A DNA stretch of 48,530 nucleotides, taken from NCBI GenBank assembly GCA_045111335.1, contig JBGUGE010000038.1, forward strand, positions 1 through 48,530. Reading direction: 5' to 3'. Source of the stretch: Alphaproteobacteria bacterium. GTDB lineage: Bacteria; Pseudomonadota; Alphaproteobacteria; RF32; CAG-239. The notes under the pieces are model-generated. The model was not told where the DNA came from. It searched no databases and was given only the letters and a program-made list of their open reading frames with translations. Below are positions 17,684 through 26,120 of the stretch, in pieces (within the stretch, counting starts at the first letter, position 1; every line of letters begins with the position of its first letter). Made by a program: the position numbers and the translations under genes.

Positions 17684-18262
17684 TTAATTTAAAGGATTGT
17701 CCTGCAAAAATTTTTCAAGCATAGCAACATCTCGTTGGTAATCCTTGCGCTCTTTTTTGTTTTGAGCAATGTATTTAGCCTTAAATTCTAACCGTTGAAT
17801 TTCCAGTGGTATATATTTCAGCAGAACTTCCAGATGTTCAATATCTCCGACATTTTTAGCCCCTTTGCATACTAGGTAACACGCCTCATCAATATCTGCA
17901 AACAACATTGCTGTGCCTAAAATCGTGAGCTTCATTCCATCGACGGCGTCAATATCCATGTGACATTCATCTATCAAATAATCTATTAGCTTATGACCAC
18001 TACTATAAGCAAATGCCGTATGTAGCAAGGTAGAATCGGTTTGCGGATCAATAAAATCCAAAGAAGCTCCAAGCTCTAAAATACACTTAAAACACCCTAA
18101 ACGTCCGTTTCTTGCCGCATAGAATATAGCGTTTCTGCCTTTTTCATCTTTTTCGTTAATCAGGGATTTTATATCATCGGTTTCATCTAATATTTTTTTG
18201 AAAGCATCTACATCATTATCCAAGATTGCCCGATGCAGCGGTAAAAGTTTTTCTTCAGTCAT
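17684..18262 (-). CDS. Ankyrin-repeat protein
   Basis: PLHRAI, GRNAIFYAARNG, TLLHTA, DIDAVD repeats; start 18262 (or 18277) overlaps the upstream stop. Confidence 0.8.
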   Translation of the reverse strand: MTEEKLLPLHRAILDNDVDAFKKILDETDDIKSLINEKDEKGRNAIFYAARNGRLGCFKCILELGASLDFIDPQTDSTLLHTAFAYSSGHKLIDYLIDECHMDIDAVDGMKLTILGTAMLFADIDEACYLVCKGAKNVGDIEHLEVLLKYIPLEIQRLEFKAKYIAQNKKERKDYQRDVAMLEKFLQDNPLN

Positions 18263-18791
18263 TGTAAGTCCTTTCATTTATTGCGCAGGAGTTTTTCAGC
18301 CTTTTATAGACTTCGCATACATACAAAACATCCAAAAGTGCGCCATTGTAAGGCGAATGTTTGATTTTAATTTTGAGTCTCTCGCTCAAGGCACAAAGAT
18401 TATTTTTCTGCCCCGGAAATACTTTTCTCGCCATTTCCAAGGTATCGGTCACTTTGTTAGGCAGTTCAAAACCAACCTCATTATTGATAAAGTTCATGTC
18501 AAATTGCACATGATGCCCGATTATCTCTTTACCCTCAATAAAACGCAGAAATTCGTCTTTGTATGCGGCAAAAGTCGGAAAATTCTTCAGGAACTTATAA
18601 TCTAAGCCATGTATCGCCGTAACATCTCTTGATATCCGGCGCTCCGGATTGATATAGGCATGAAATATTACTCCGGTTTGCACATCGTTTTCATCAATTT
18701 CAATAGCGGCAATTTCCACAAGTTTATGACCATCTTTCGGAGAAAAACCGGTAACTTCCGTATTAATAATTACTTTTTTGTTATTGCTCAT
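18255..18791 (-). CDS. DnaQ/epsilon-like DEDDh exonuclease with substituted catalytic residues
   Basis: INTEVTG (for LDTETTG), EIAAIE, YINPER, IHGL, HHVQFDMNFI, DTLEMAR, NGALLD (for HGALLD). Confidence 0.85.
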   Translation of the reverse strand: MSNNKKVIINTEVTGFSPKDGHKLVEIAAIEIDENDVQTGVIFHAYINPERRISRDVTAIHGLDYKFLKNFPTFAAYKDEFLRFIEGKEIIGHHVQFDMNFINNEVGFELPNKVTDTLEMARKVFPGQKNNLCALSERLKIKIKHSPYNGALLDVLYVCEVYKRLKNSCAINERTYND

Positions 18792-19488
18792 TGTCCTTCT
18801 CCTCATAAAACCACAATTTCTGACAATCTTTCAGGTGTTCGGTATATTTCAAAGATGATGTGTTGGCGCGAACGTGGAAAGTTTTATCTCCCGGTTGTTT
18901 TATAACTTCAATATCTATCGGCTCTTTGTATCCGTTTACGGCTGACAGCTTGAAAGTCATATCCGCAGCGAGCAGAATGTCGGAAGAGTCCTTTTGCCAA
19001 CAAATAACCGGAACGTTAAGTATTTGCGCCGCATCTTTGAAAATCAAGGTCGCTTTATCCTCATCAACACCATATCTTAACTTGTATATCGGAGCGATAA
19101 TGGCAAGCAGTTTTTTATCCTTTAGGTGTTGAAATTTTTTTAAGTTTAGCCATGCGGAATAACTTCTCAGCAACAAATCAACGCCTTGTGTCGGGTCATC
19201 TTGTATAGGTAGTCCATGTCGTGTTAAAAGTTTGTTTTTCGAGATTCTGTCGTTAATCAGCGCATAATCAAAATCGGCAGGATTACTGTCAAAAATAGTG
19301 GAAGTAAGCGACGGAAAATCAAGCGTTCCCATCAGCACCACAAATCCGTCGTTATTGTCGGCAATGCTTTGTGTTAAACTGATTATAAATTGCTCGACTT
19401 GTATGCATTCTCCTTGTATCGTCGCCAAATCGCCGGCATGAAGACCGCCTAAATCCGTATCAATAAAAGAAAATCCGGTTTTTATCAT
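18781..19488 (-). CDS. Highly degenerate DnaB-C-like protein
   Basis: IKTGFSFIDTDLGGLHAGDLATIQG resembles the start of the DnaB ATPase domain; FKDAAQILNVPVI and AADM...IEVIKQ echo later motifs; no Walker A lysine. Confidence 0.55.
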   Translation of the reverse strand: MIKTGFSFIDTDLGGLHAGDLATIQGECIQVEQFIISLTQSIADNNDGFVVLMGTLDFPSLTSTIFDSNPADFDYALINDRISKNKLLTRHGLPIQDDPTQGVDLLLRSYSAWLNLKKFQHLKDKKLLAIIAPIYKLRYGVDEDKATLIFKDAAQILNVPVICWQKDSSDILLAADMTFKLSAVNGYKEPIDIEVIKQPGDKTFHVRANTSSLKYTEHLKDCQKLWFYEEKDNEQ

Positions 19489-19964
19489 TTTATTTTTTCC
19501 TCATCGATTTCCATAACTTTAATGCCCTCGGAATTAAATAAATCCACTTTTCCGGCCGTGTCTGACTTCATATAAACAAAGTTTTTATCAAATTTAATAA
19601 TGGTTTTTCCCGCTCCCCATGCCGGACAGCGCACATAATTTCCATTGTCCGAAACAATCGCTATCGGACCTTGCAAAGTGTATGGAAAAGTTGTGATTTC
19701 TCCCGAAACAAACATATCTTTGAGAGTGTTAATTGTTTGTTTTCTCGTTCGTTTGGCAGAAATTGTTTTGAGTTGCCGGAGCAAACTTTCGGCTTGACGT
19801 AATTGTTCGTTAATCCGACCAAGAGTTTCTTTATCTTGTTCGCTGATATGTAGCGCCGAAACATCATCTTTAATTTGTTGCACCATCGGCATAAAATCAT
19901 GGTAAAAGCCTTTAACTAATGAAGTCATCGCCTCCATTTTTACCTTGTATGTATCGTCTTGCAT
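19485..19964 (-). CDS. Hypothetical protein
   Basis: 159 aa, coiled-coil N-terminus; ATGA overlap with the next gene. Confidence 0.7.
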   Translation of the reverse strand: MQDDTYKVKMEAMTSLVKGFYHDFMPMVQQIKDDVSALHISEQDKETLGRINEQLRQAESLLRQLKTISAKRTRKQTINTLKDMFVSGEITTFPYTLQGPIAIVSDNGNYVRCPAWGAGKTIIKFDKNFVYMKSDTAGKVDLFNSEGIKVMEIDEEKIK

Positions 19965-19974
19965 AGATAACTTC

Positions 19975-20178
19975 TTAATATGGTTCGCTTTTTATAAAAT
20001 GTCCTTGTTCATCGAGAACGTGCCTATATTCTTCGTTGGCAATAATCACTATTTTTTCGCTGTCCCAATGTTCAAGCCGATAAGGTGCAGTCATCATGCC
20101 CGTGAGCATCAGCCCCATCCTACTTCCGTCTTTGACAATAGTTAAGCAGTCATCTTTAAGCGTCACATCTTCAATCAT
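19975..20178 (-). CDS. Small hypothetical protein, first gene of the putative WYL-controlled operon
   Basis: RBS AGGAG before ATG 20178. Confidence 0.65.
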   Translation of the reverse strand: MIEDVTLKDDCLTIVKDGSRMGLMLTGMMTAPYRLEHWDSEKIVIIANEEYRHVLDEQGHFIKSEPY

Positions 20179-20214
20179 TTTCGTCTCCTGTTGTTTGTTG
20201 AACTTTACGAAAAC

Positions 20215-20247
20215 AATTAAACATATAAACACGACAGATTATGACGT
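20215..20247 (-). promoter_or_regulatory. WYL operator-promoter, copy 4
   Basis: Minus strand ACGTCATAATCTGTCGT-N9/10-TTTAAT/TTAATT. Confidence 0.62.
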
Positions 20248-20282
20248 GTTGAAATATTTAGATACAAAATTAAGTGAGAAAA

Positions 20283-20732
20283 TTATAACTTTTTCACATA
20301 CACCCGAGTTGGTTTGCCCTCACGAGTGGTCATGGTCTGCCAAAAGGTAAAGCCGTATTTCTCGTAGAGGCCGACCTCGTCGGTGGAAATATAAACTTTT
20401 TCGGTGCCGGCGGATTTTAACGCTTCGCAAATGTGGGTGATTAACTTGCCGGCGTTGCGGTGGCCGCGGGAGGCCGGAAACGTATATACAAACCCAATCC
20501 ACGGCGACAGTTCCGGTGCGTCAATCTCGTCTTGCGGCGCCAAAGTGGCAAACGAAACCAGCTTATCACCGTCGGTCAGCATATAAACTTCGGTAGCATC
20601 GCCGCACATCTGCTTTAATTTGTCGCTCTCCAGCCAGTCGTGCAACAATTCCGCCGCCGACCAATCGCCTTTGCCGATTTCTTCCCTCCAATGTGCCTGA
20701 TTTTCCGTTTGATAATACTTTATTACCTGCAT
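20283..20732 (-). CDS. GNAT acetyltransferase
   Basis: PWIGFVYTFPASRGHRNAGKL...GLYEKYGF. Confidence 0.9.
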   Translation of the reverse strand: MQVIKYYQTENQAHWREEIGKGDWSAAELLHDWLESDKLKQMCGDATEVYMLTDGDKLVSFATLAPQDEIDAPELSPWIGFVYTFPASRGHRNAGKLITHICEALKSAGTEKVYISTDEVGLYEKYGFTFWQTMTTREGKPTRVYVKKL

Positions 20733-20957
20733 TTTGTCTCATACTTCATAGTTGCGATATTTGCAAACTATAAACCTTTAAATATAACTTGCCAAGTACA
20801 TAGTTCATAGTTTTGAAATTTTAAAACTATGAAGTTATAGGATATAAAAAATATTCGGCGACCGGACTTAAATAATGTAGATATTCGGGAATTTTTCTTG
20901 ACTTTTCGGGAATTATTCGGTAACATTTCGGTAAAGATTATAACAAAGGATATTAAA

Positions 20958-22016
20958 ATGCCGAATATGACAGATATTACAATTACGCCGGATATGCTAA
21001 AGAAAATAGCAGAAATCGACGCTTTTAACGGGGCGTTTAATAGTGGCGGTATAAAGATTAGGCCTGATAAATTAAAAGCCATGAAGCGCATTGCGACGAT
21101 TGAATCTATCGGCTCATCAAATCGTATTGAGGGCAATAAGCTAAATGATACTGAGGTTGAAACTGTCTTTAATCATATCAACAAAAAGTCATTTCAAACG
21201 CGCGATGAGCAAGAAGTCGCCGGCTATGCCGATTTGCTTTCAACGATTTTTGAGAATTATAAAGAAATCAATCTGTCCGAGAATTATATTCGGCAGTTGC
21301 ATAAAATCTTGCTTTCGTATTCAGACAAAGACGAGCGTCATCGCGGCGAATATAAAAAAGATTCAAATCGCGTGGTAGCCTTTGATGCAAATGGTAATGA
21401 AATCGGCACAATTTTTGAAACAGCAACACCTTTTGATACGCCGCACTTAATGCAGGAATTAGTGGACTGGACGAACATTAATTTTAAGGACGGCTATTTT
21501 CACCCGATTATCACAATCGGCGTGTTTGTCGTGCATTTTTTATCAATACACCCTTTTACAGACGGCAACGGCAGGCTTTCGCGTGCTTTAACGACAATGC
21601 TTATGCTACAAAACGGCTATAATTATATGCCTTACGCTTCAATGGAATCTATCATTGAGGCTAGCAAAGACGCATATTACAGAGCTCTGCGCGCTACGCA
21701 AAAGACAATCTGGAGCGATAAGGTAAATTATGAGCCGTGGCTGACGTTCTTTATTACCTCGCTTGCCAAGCAAAAGCGCCATTTAGAAGATAAAATTGCT
21801 TTAGCTTTGAAATCGGACACAACAAGAATAAGCAAAGCCGAGCAAGCCGTTTTAGACCTCTTTGAAGAAAAAACAAATTGGTCTGTTTCAGAAATGGCAG
21901 AAGCTTTAGACAAAAACAGCGAGACCGTCAAAAAGACCGTGCAAAATCTCGTCAAGAAAGACCTGCTCGAGAAACAAGGCTCGACCAAAGGAACATACTA
22001 TATTTTGAAGAGGTAA
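20958..22016 (+). CDS. Fic family protein with C-terminal winged HTH
   Basis: HPFTDGNGRLSR Fic motif; SNRIEGN inhibitory-type motif; C-terminal LVKKDLLEKQGSTKGTYY. Confidence 0.92.
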   Translation: MPNMTDITITPDMLKKIAEIDAFNGAFNSGGIKIRPDKLKAMKRIATIESIGSSNRIEGNKLNDTEVETVFNHINKKSFQTRDEQEVAGYADLLSTIFENYKEINLSENYIRQLHKILLSYSDKDERHRGEYKKDSNRVVAFDANGNEIGTIFETATPFDTPHLMQELVDWTNINFKDGYFHPIITIGVFVVHFLSIHPFTDGNGRLSRALTTMLMLQNGYNYMPYASMESIIEASKDAYYRALRATQKTIWSDKVNYEPWLTFFITSLAKQKRHLEDKIALALKSDTTRISKAEQAVLDLFEEKTNWSVSEMAEALDKNSETVKKTVQNLVKKDLLEKQGSTKGTYYILKR

Positions 22017-22017
22017 A

Positions 22018-23175
22018 ATGCGTCAGCACGTTATAGCTTTGGTTGATTGTGACTGCTTTTTCGTTTCATGCGAACGGAAGGATAATCCCGATTTGCAAGG
22101 CAAGCCTGTGTGCGTGATGACCGGCGGCGGTTCAAAAGGCATTATCGTCTCCCGCTCAAAGGAAGCTAAGGCGCTGGGGATTAAAATGGGCCAGCCGTAT
22201 TTTCAGGTTAAGCCGAACTTCCCGACTGCAATTTGTATTCCGGCTCGCCACCACCGCTATACCGAGATTTCGAAAGAAGTTATGGACACGATTAAGACTT
22301 TTAGTCCGGATGTCGAAGTAACCTCGGTTGATGAGGCATTTGTTGATTTGACCAGCCTCAACAAGGTTTATCATTCCACCTATACCGACATCATCAAAAA
22401 TATCCGGCAAACGGTGTGGGACAAGGTCGGTATTCCCGTTTCCATCGGCTTGGGAACTTCCAAAACGCTGGCAAAACTGGCAAGCGATAAGGCAAAAATG
22501 AGCGGCGGGATATTTGTGATCCCGCCGGATAAAATCTTGGATATTGTGGGCGAAATGCCGATTGAGGACGTTAGCGGTATCGGGCGCAAAAACAGCGAGC
22601 ACATGAAGTTCAGCGGGATTTTTACGATTAAGGACTTTGTGGAGAAAGAAAACGGCTGGATTAGAAAAGCTTTCGGAATTAACGGCTTAAATCTCAAAAG
22701 CGAGCTGACCGGTGTTGCGACATCTTTGGTTAACAACGAACCCACCGCCCCGCAGAGCATACAGGTAACGCGGAGTTTTGAGGACTTCACGCAAAGTTTG
22801 GAATATTTGGAACACGAATTAAATCGGCATGTTCATGAGGCATGTCAGAAGCTCAGGCGGTGGAACGGCTTTTGCCAAGGGGTGGAAGTTATGCTCCGCA
22901 CCAAAGATTTCAAATATCTCGCTGTTGAGGCAAAATTGCCGAACCCGACCAATGGCGACCAAGAAGTGCGCATGACCGCCATAAACCTCTTGAAACAACT
23001 CTACCGCCCGAATTTAATTTACCGCTCAACCGGCGTAACACTCAAAAATCTGACCTATGGCGAAGTTCAACAGTCGCTGTTTGAGGAAGTAAAGCCCCAC
23101 GACGACAAACTCTCGCATTTAGTGGACGAGCTTGAAGCCAAATTCGGCAAAGGGATTGTTAAAACCGGGGTGTGA
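22018..23175 (+). CDS. Y-family DNA polymerase (DinB/UmuC-like)
   Basis: LVDCDCFFVSCE, SKEAKALGIKMG, SVDEAFVD, KTLAKLAS; clamp-binding-like QQSLF. Confidence 0.92.
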   Translation: MRQHVIALVDCDCFFVSCERKDNPDLQGKPVCVMTGGGSKGIIVSRSKEAKALGIKMGQPYFQVKPNFPTAICIPARHHRYTEISKEVMDTIKTFSPDVEVTSVDEAFVDLTSLNKVYHSTYTDIIKNIRQTVWDKVGIPVSIGLGTSKTLAKLASDKAKMSGGIFVIPPDKILDIVGEMPIEDVSGIGRKNSEHMKFSGIFTIKDFVEKENGWIRKAFGINGLNLKSELTGVATSLVNNEPTAPQSIQVTRSFEDFTQSLEYLEHELNRHVHEACQKLRRWNGFCQGVEVMLRTKDFKYLAVEAKLPNPTNGDQEVRMTAINLLKQLYRPNLIYRSTGVTLKNLTYGEVQQSLFEEVKPHDDKLSHLVDELEAKFGKGIVKTGV

Positions 23176-23204
23176 AAAATAAATCCCCGTAACCAGCATA
23201 TTTC

Positions 23205-23262
23205 ACTGGACTTCTTTGTTTTTCCAAGCATTCATTGGGTTGTAACGAAAGGAACAGCCATG
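23205..23262 (+). promoter_or_regulatory. Element-specific promoter/leader shared with the DUF2924 gene
   Basis: ACTGGACTTCT-N9-CAAGCATTCATTG...GAAAGGAA...GCCATG, also at 35524-35578 on the minus strand. Confidence 0.7.
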
Positions 23263-23565
23263 AAAACAGTTAAAATTTATATGGTCCGGAAGCCCTCAGA
23301 CATCGACGAAGTAACAGAGTTATGCCAGCGTTATGTCGCACAGGCCGAAGAAGTGGTGGTAGCGGAAACGGTTGAATTACCGGCCGTTTGGTATGATGCG
23401 GTTTGTCTATTCCCGCTAGATGATTACATTTTCCTATCCGGCAAAGGTGGCTATGACGACGAAAACCACCGCCAAGTAGTTGAATTAAAATGCGCCGGTC
23501 GGCCGACACTTTATGTGGATCCGTCCGGGTCGAGTTACTGCCGATATATGGGAGTTGAGCCATGA
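23260..23565 (+). CDS. Small mobile-element protein (DUF6329-like)
   Basis: C-terminal LYVDPSGSSYCRYMG resembles the family motif (from memory); good RBS. Confidence 0.6.
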   Translation: MKTVKIYMVRKPSDIDEVTELCQRYVAQAEEVVVAETVELPAVWYDAVCLFPLDDYIFLSGKGGYDDENHRQVVELKCAGRPTLYVDPSGSSYCRYMGVEP

Positions 23566-23795
23566 AAATGAAGCGATACGAAGAAATTGAGCCGAGCAAC
23601 CGGACAACTTTCCGGATGTTGTATTATAACGCCGGTCGTACTCTCACTCAAATTGAAACCCTGTTAAAGTTGGTCTACGGGAATCCACTACCGATAAAGT
23701 CGCAGGACCGATTGTTCCGCATAAGACACAAGCTGGAACAAATGGTCGCCCGGTACAAACAATGCGAGAGTGAATTAAGGGAAAAGAAACTTTAA
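23562..23795 (+). CDS. Hypothetical protein
   Basis: ATGA overlap with the previous gene. Confidence 0.55.
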   Translation: MKMKRYEEIEPSNRTTFRMLYYNAGRTLTQIETLLKLVYGNPLPIKSQDRLFRIRHKLEQMVARYKQCESELREKKL

Positions 23796-23886
23796 TAAAT
23801 ACAAAAAAAATTAATCAGAAATCTTGCGATTAAAGTCATTAAAACCTAAATACTAAGTATGTTTAATATAACTTAAAGGGGCATAA

Positions 23887-25440
23887 ATGGCTAAAATCTA
23901 TCTAGATGCACTTATTCAACGAGACGACTTTGAAGCAATTTCTGAGGGCATGACCGAACAACTGAATAAATCAACAGTTAATATTTCTGATTTAACTACA
24001 GATGCTTTCTTCTATCACATCATCAGGAAGCCAGACTTTCAAAGAGAAACAAATGAATGGGATGCTCAAACGGTTGCTGATTTTGTTGAAAGTTTTATAA
24101 AGGGTGATTTAATTCCTGCTATAATTTTTTGGAAATCACCGTCAGGTAATTGTTTTGTTATTGACGGAGCGCATCGTTTAAGTGCTCTTATTGCTTGGAT
24201 TAATGATGATTATGGTGATGGTATATTGTCTAAAAGTTTCTATGAAAATATTCCAGAAACACAACTTAGAGAAGCAGAAAGAGCGCGCAAAATTATAAAT
24301 CAAACGATTGGTAGTTATTCTGATTTAAGAAAAATTATAGCTAATCCAGCGGCATACCCTAGTGAAACTCAAAAAATTATATATGCAAAAAGAATAGGTA
24401 CAGCCGGTTTTCAAGTTCAGTGGGTAACAGGTGATGCAAAAACAGCTGAAGATTCTTTCTTCAAAATAAATCAAAAAGCAGTACCTATTGATAAAACAGA
24501 AATTAAATTATTAAGATCTAGGAAAAAGCCAAACTGTATTGCCGCAAGAGCAATTATAAGAGGCGGCAAAGGACACAAATATTGGGAAAATTTTTCGAAA
24601 GAAAATCAAGATTCAATTTCACAACTTGCTGAAAGCATTAATTCTTTACTTTTTCATCCTTTATTAAAAAGTCCAATAAAAACTTTAGATTTGCCTATTG
24701 CGGGTAAGAGTTTATCAGGACAAACTCTTCCTTTAGTGTTGGATATAGTAAATATGACTAATAATATAACATCATCTAATGACTTATATAATATAGATGA
24801 CGATATAGATGGGACATCTACTATTAAAATTTTAAGAGAAACGCAAAAAATTATACAATTAATTAATAGTAATGCACCGTCATCTTTAGGACTTCACCCT
24901 GCTGTTTATTTTTATTCTGCAGATGGCAGACATAAAGTTACATCATTCTATGCTATTGTAGCGTTAGTTTTGTATCTAAAAGAACATAATAAATTAAATT
25001 GGTTTACGGAAAAAAGAGCCGAATTTGAACAATTTTTGATTGATTATGGATATTTAACACAGCAAATGGGGCGCAAATATAGAGAATCTTCAAAAGCTTA
25101 CAATCCGATGAGAGATTTTTATTTGTTTGTGCTGGAAAAATTTCACGAGTATACATCTTTTAACGATGTTGTTAATAAAGTTATTGAAAAATATGATTTT
25201 TTAACATTACAAACTCCGAATCAAGAGTCAACCGGTGGTAAATTTTCTGAAAATACAAAATCTGCAGCATTTTTAAGAACTGCAATGCAAGGAGCTGTAA
25301 AATGTGGTATTTGTGGCGGATATATCCACACTAATTCTGTCAGCTTTGATCATATTCAAAGAAAACAAGATGGTGGGGCTAAAAATATTGACAACTGCCA
25401 GATCACTCATCCTTATTGCAATACTGGTTATAAAAATTAG
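23887..25440 (+). CDS. DUF262 + C-terminal HNH endonuclease
   Basis: KPDFQRETNEW, FVIDGAHRLSAL, FFKINQ; CGICGG...DHIQRKQDGG...NCQITHPYCN. Confidence 0.88.
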   Translation: MAKIYLDALIQRDDFEAISEGMTEQLNKSTVNISDLTTDAFFYHIIRKPDFQRETNEWDAQTVADFVESFIKGDLIPAIIFWKSPSGNCFVIDGAHRLSALIAWINDDYGDGILSKSFYENIPETQLREAERARKIINQTIGSYSDLRKIIANPAAYPSETQKIIYAKRIGTAGFQVQWVTGDAKTAEDSFFKINQKAVPIDKTEIKLLRSRKKPNCIAARAIIRGGKGHKYWENFSKENQDSISQLAESINSLLFHPLLKSPIKTLDLPIAGKSLSGQTLPLVLDIVNMTNNITSSNDLYNIDDDIDGTSTIKILRETQKIIQLINSNAPSSLGLHPAVYFYSADGRHKVTSFYAIVALVLYLKEHNKLNWFTEKRAEFEQFLIDYGYLTQQMGRKYRESSKAYNPMRDFYLFVLEKFHEYTSFNDVVNKVIEKYDFLTLQTPNQESTGGKFSENTKSAAFLRTAMQGAVKCGICGGYIHTNSVSFDHIQRKQDGGAKNIDNCQITHPYCNTGYKN

Positions 25441-25506
25441 CAAATATTAAAGGTGATAAACATAATATTGAGCGATAAATTTACAGAAAAAAAACATAAA
25501 ATCTGC

Positions 25507-25971
25507 TCAAATGTGGGACTTTAGAGACTCTAAAAATGCCTGACAGCCCTCGCTGATGTCGTCATAGCTCTCGTCAAAATTACCGGTGTACCACGGGTCG
25601 CGGATATTGCGCGGATTTTTTGTGAAATCGAGAAGTCGGTAAATTTTTTGCTCCGTATCCGGACCGATAATCTCCAAAATATCATCAATATTGCTGTCAT
25701 CCATCGCGATGATGTAGTCGAAATACACGTAGTCGCGTGGGCGAATTTGCCGTGAATAATGCTCCTCGAAAGGAATTTGCACGGCTTTCAGCTTGTCGCG
25801 AGTGCCGTGATGAATGCCGGCGTGGCACATTTCGTTAAAGCGCTCGGTGGCCGCGGAATCAATATAAAATTGCTCCGACAGTCCCTTTTCGGCGACCATT
25901 TGCTTGAACACAAACTCCGCCATCGGCGACCGACAAATATTCCCTAAACATACAAACAGAACTTTGATCAT
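25507..25971 (-). CDS. Low-molecular-weight protein-tyrosine phosphatase
   Basis: VLFVCLGNICRSPMAE, DPWYTG. Confidence 0.95.
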   Translation of the reverse strand: MIKVLFVCLGNICRSPMAEFVFKQMVAEKGLSEQFYIDSAATERFNEMCHAGIHHGTRDKLKAVQIPFEEHYSRQIRPRDYVYFDYIIAMDDSNIDDILEIIGPDTEQKIYRLLDFTKNPRNIRDPWYTGNFDESYDDISEGCQAFLESLKSHI

Positions 25972-26120
25972 AAAAACACCTGAACTAATATATATATCGT
26001 CCCTATTATAACTATATAGTATAAAAATCAATGATATTTGATAATTGATAAAAAGGATTGCATTAAAATTTTTTACTACCTATATATGTATTATATCATA
26101 ATGTAACCGGAACTTAGTTT

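Noticed and set aside
20740-20957. Alphaproteobacterial LexA box upstream of fic-polymerase
   Set aside because: No GTTC-N7-GTTC match found by eye
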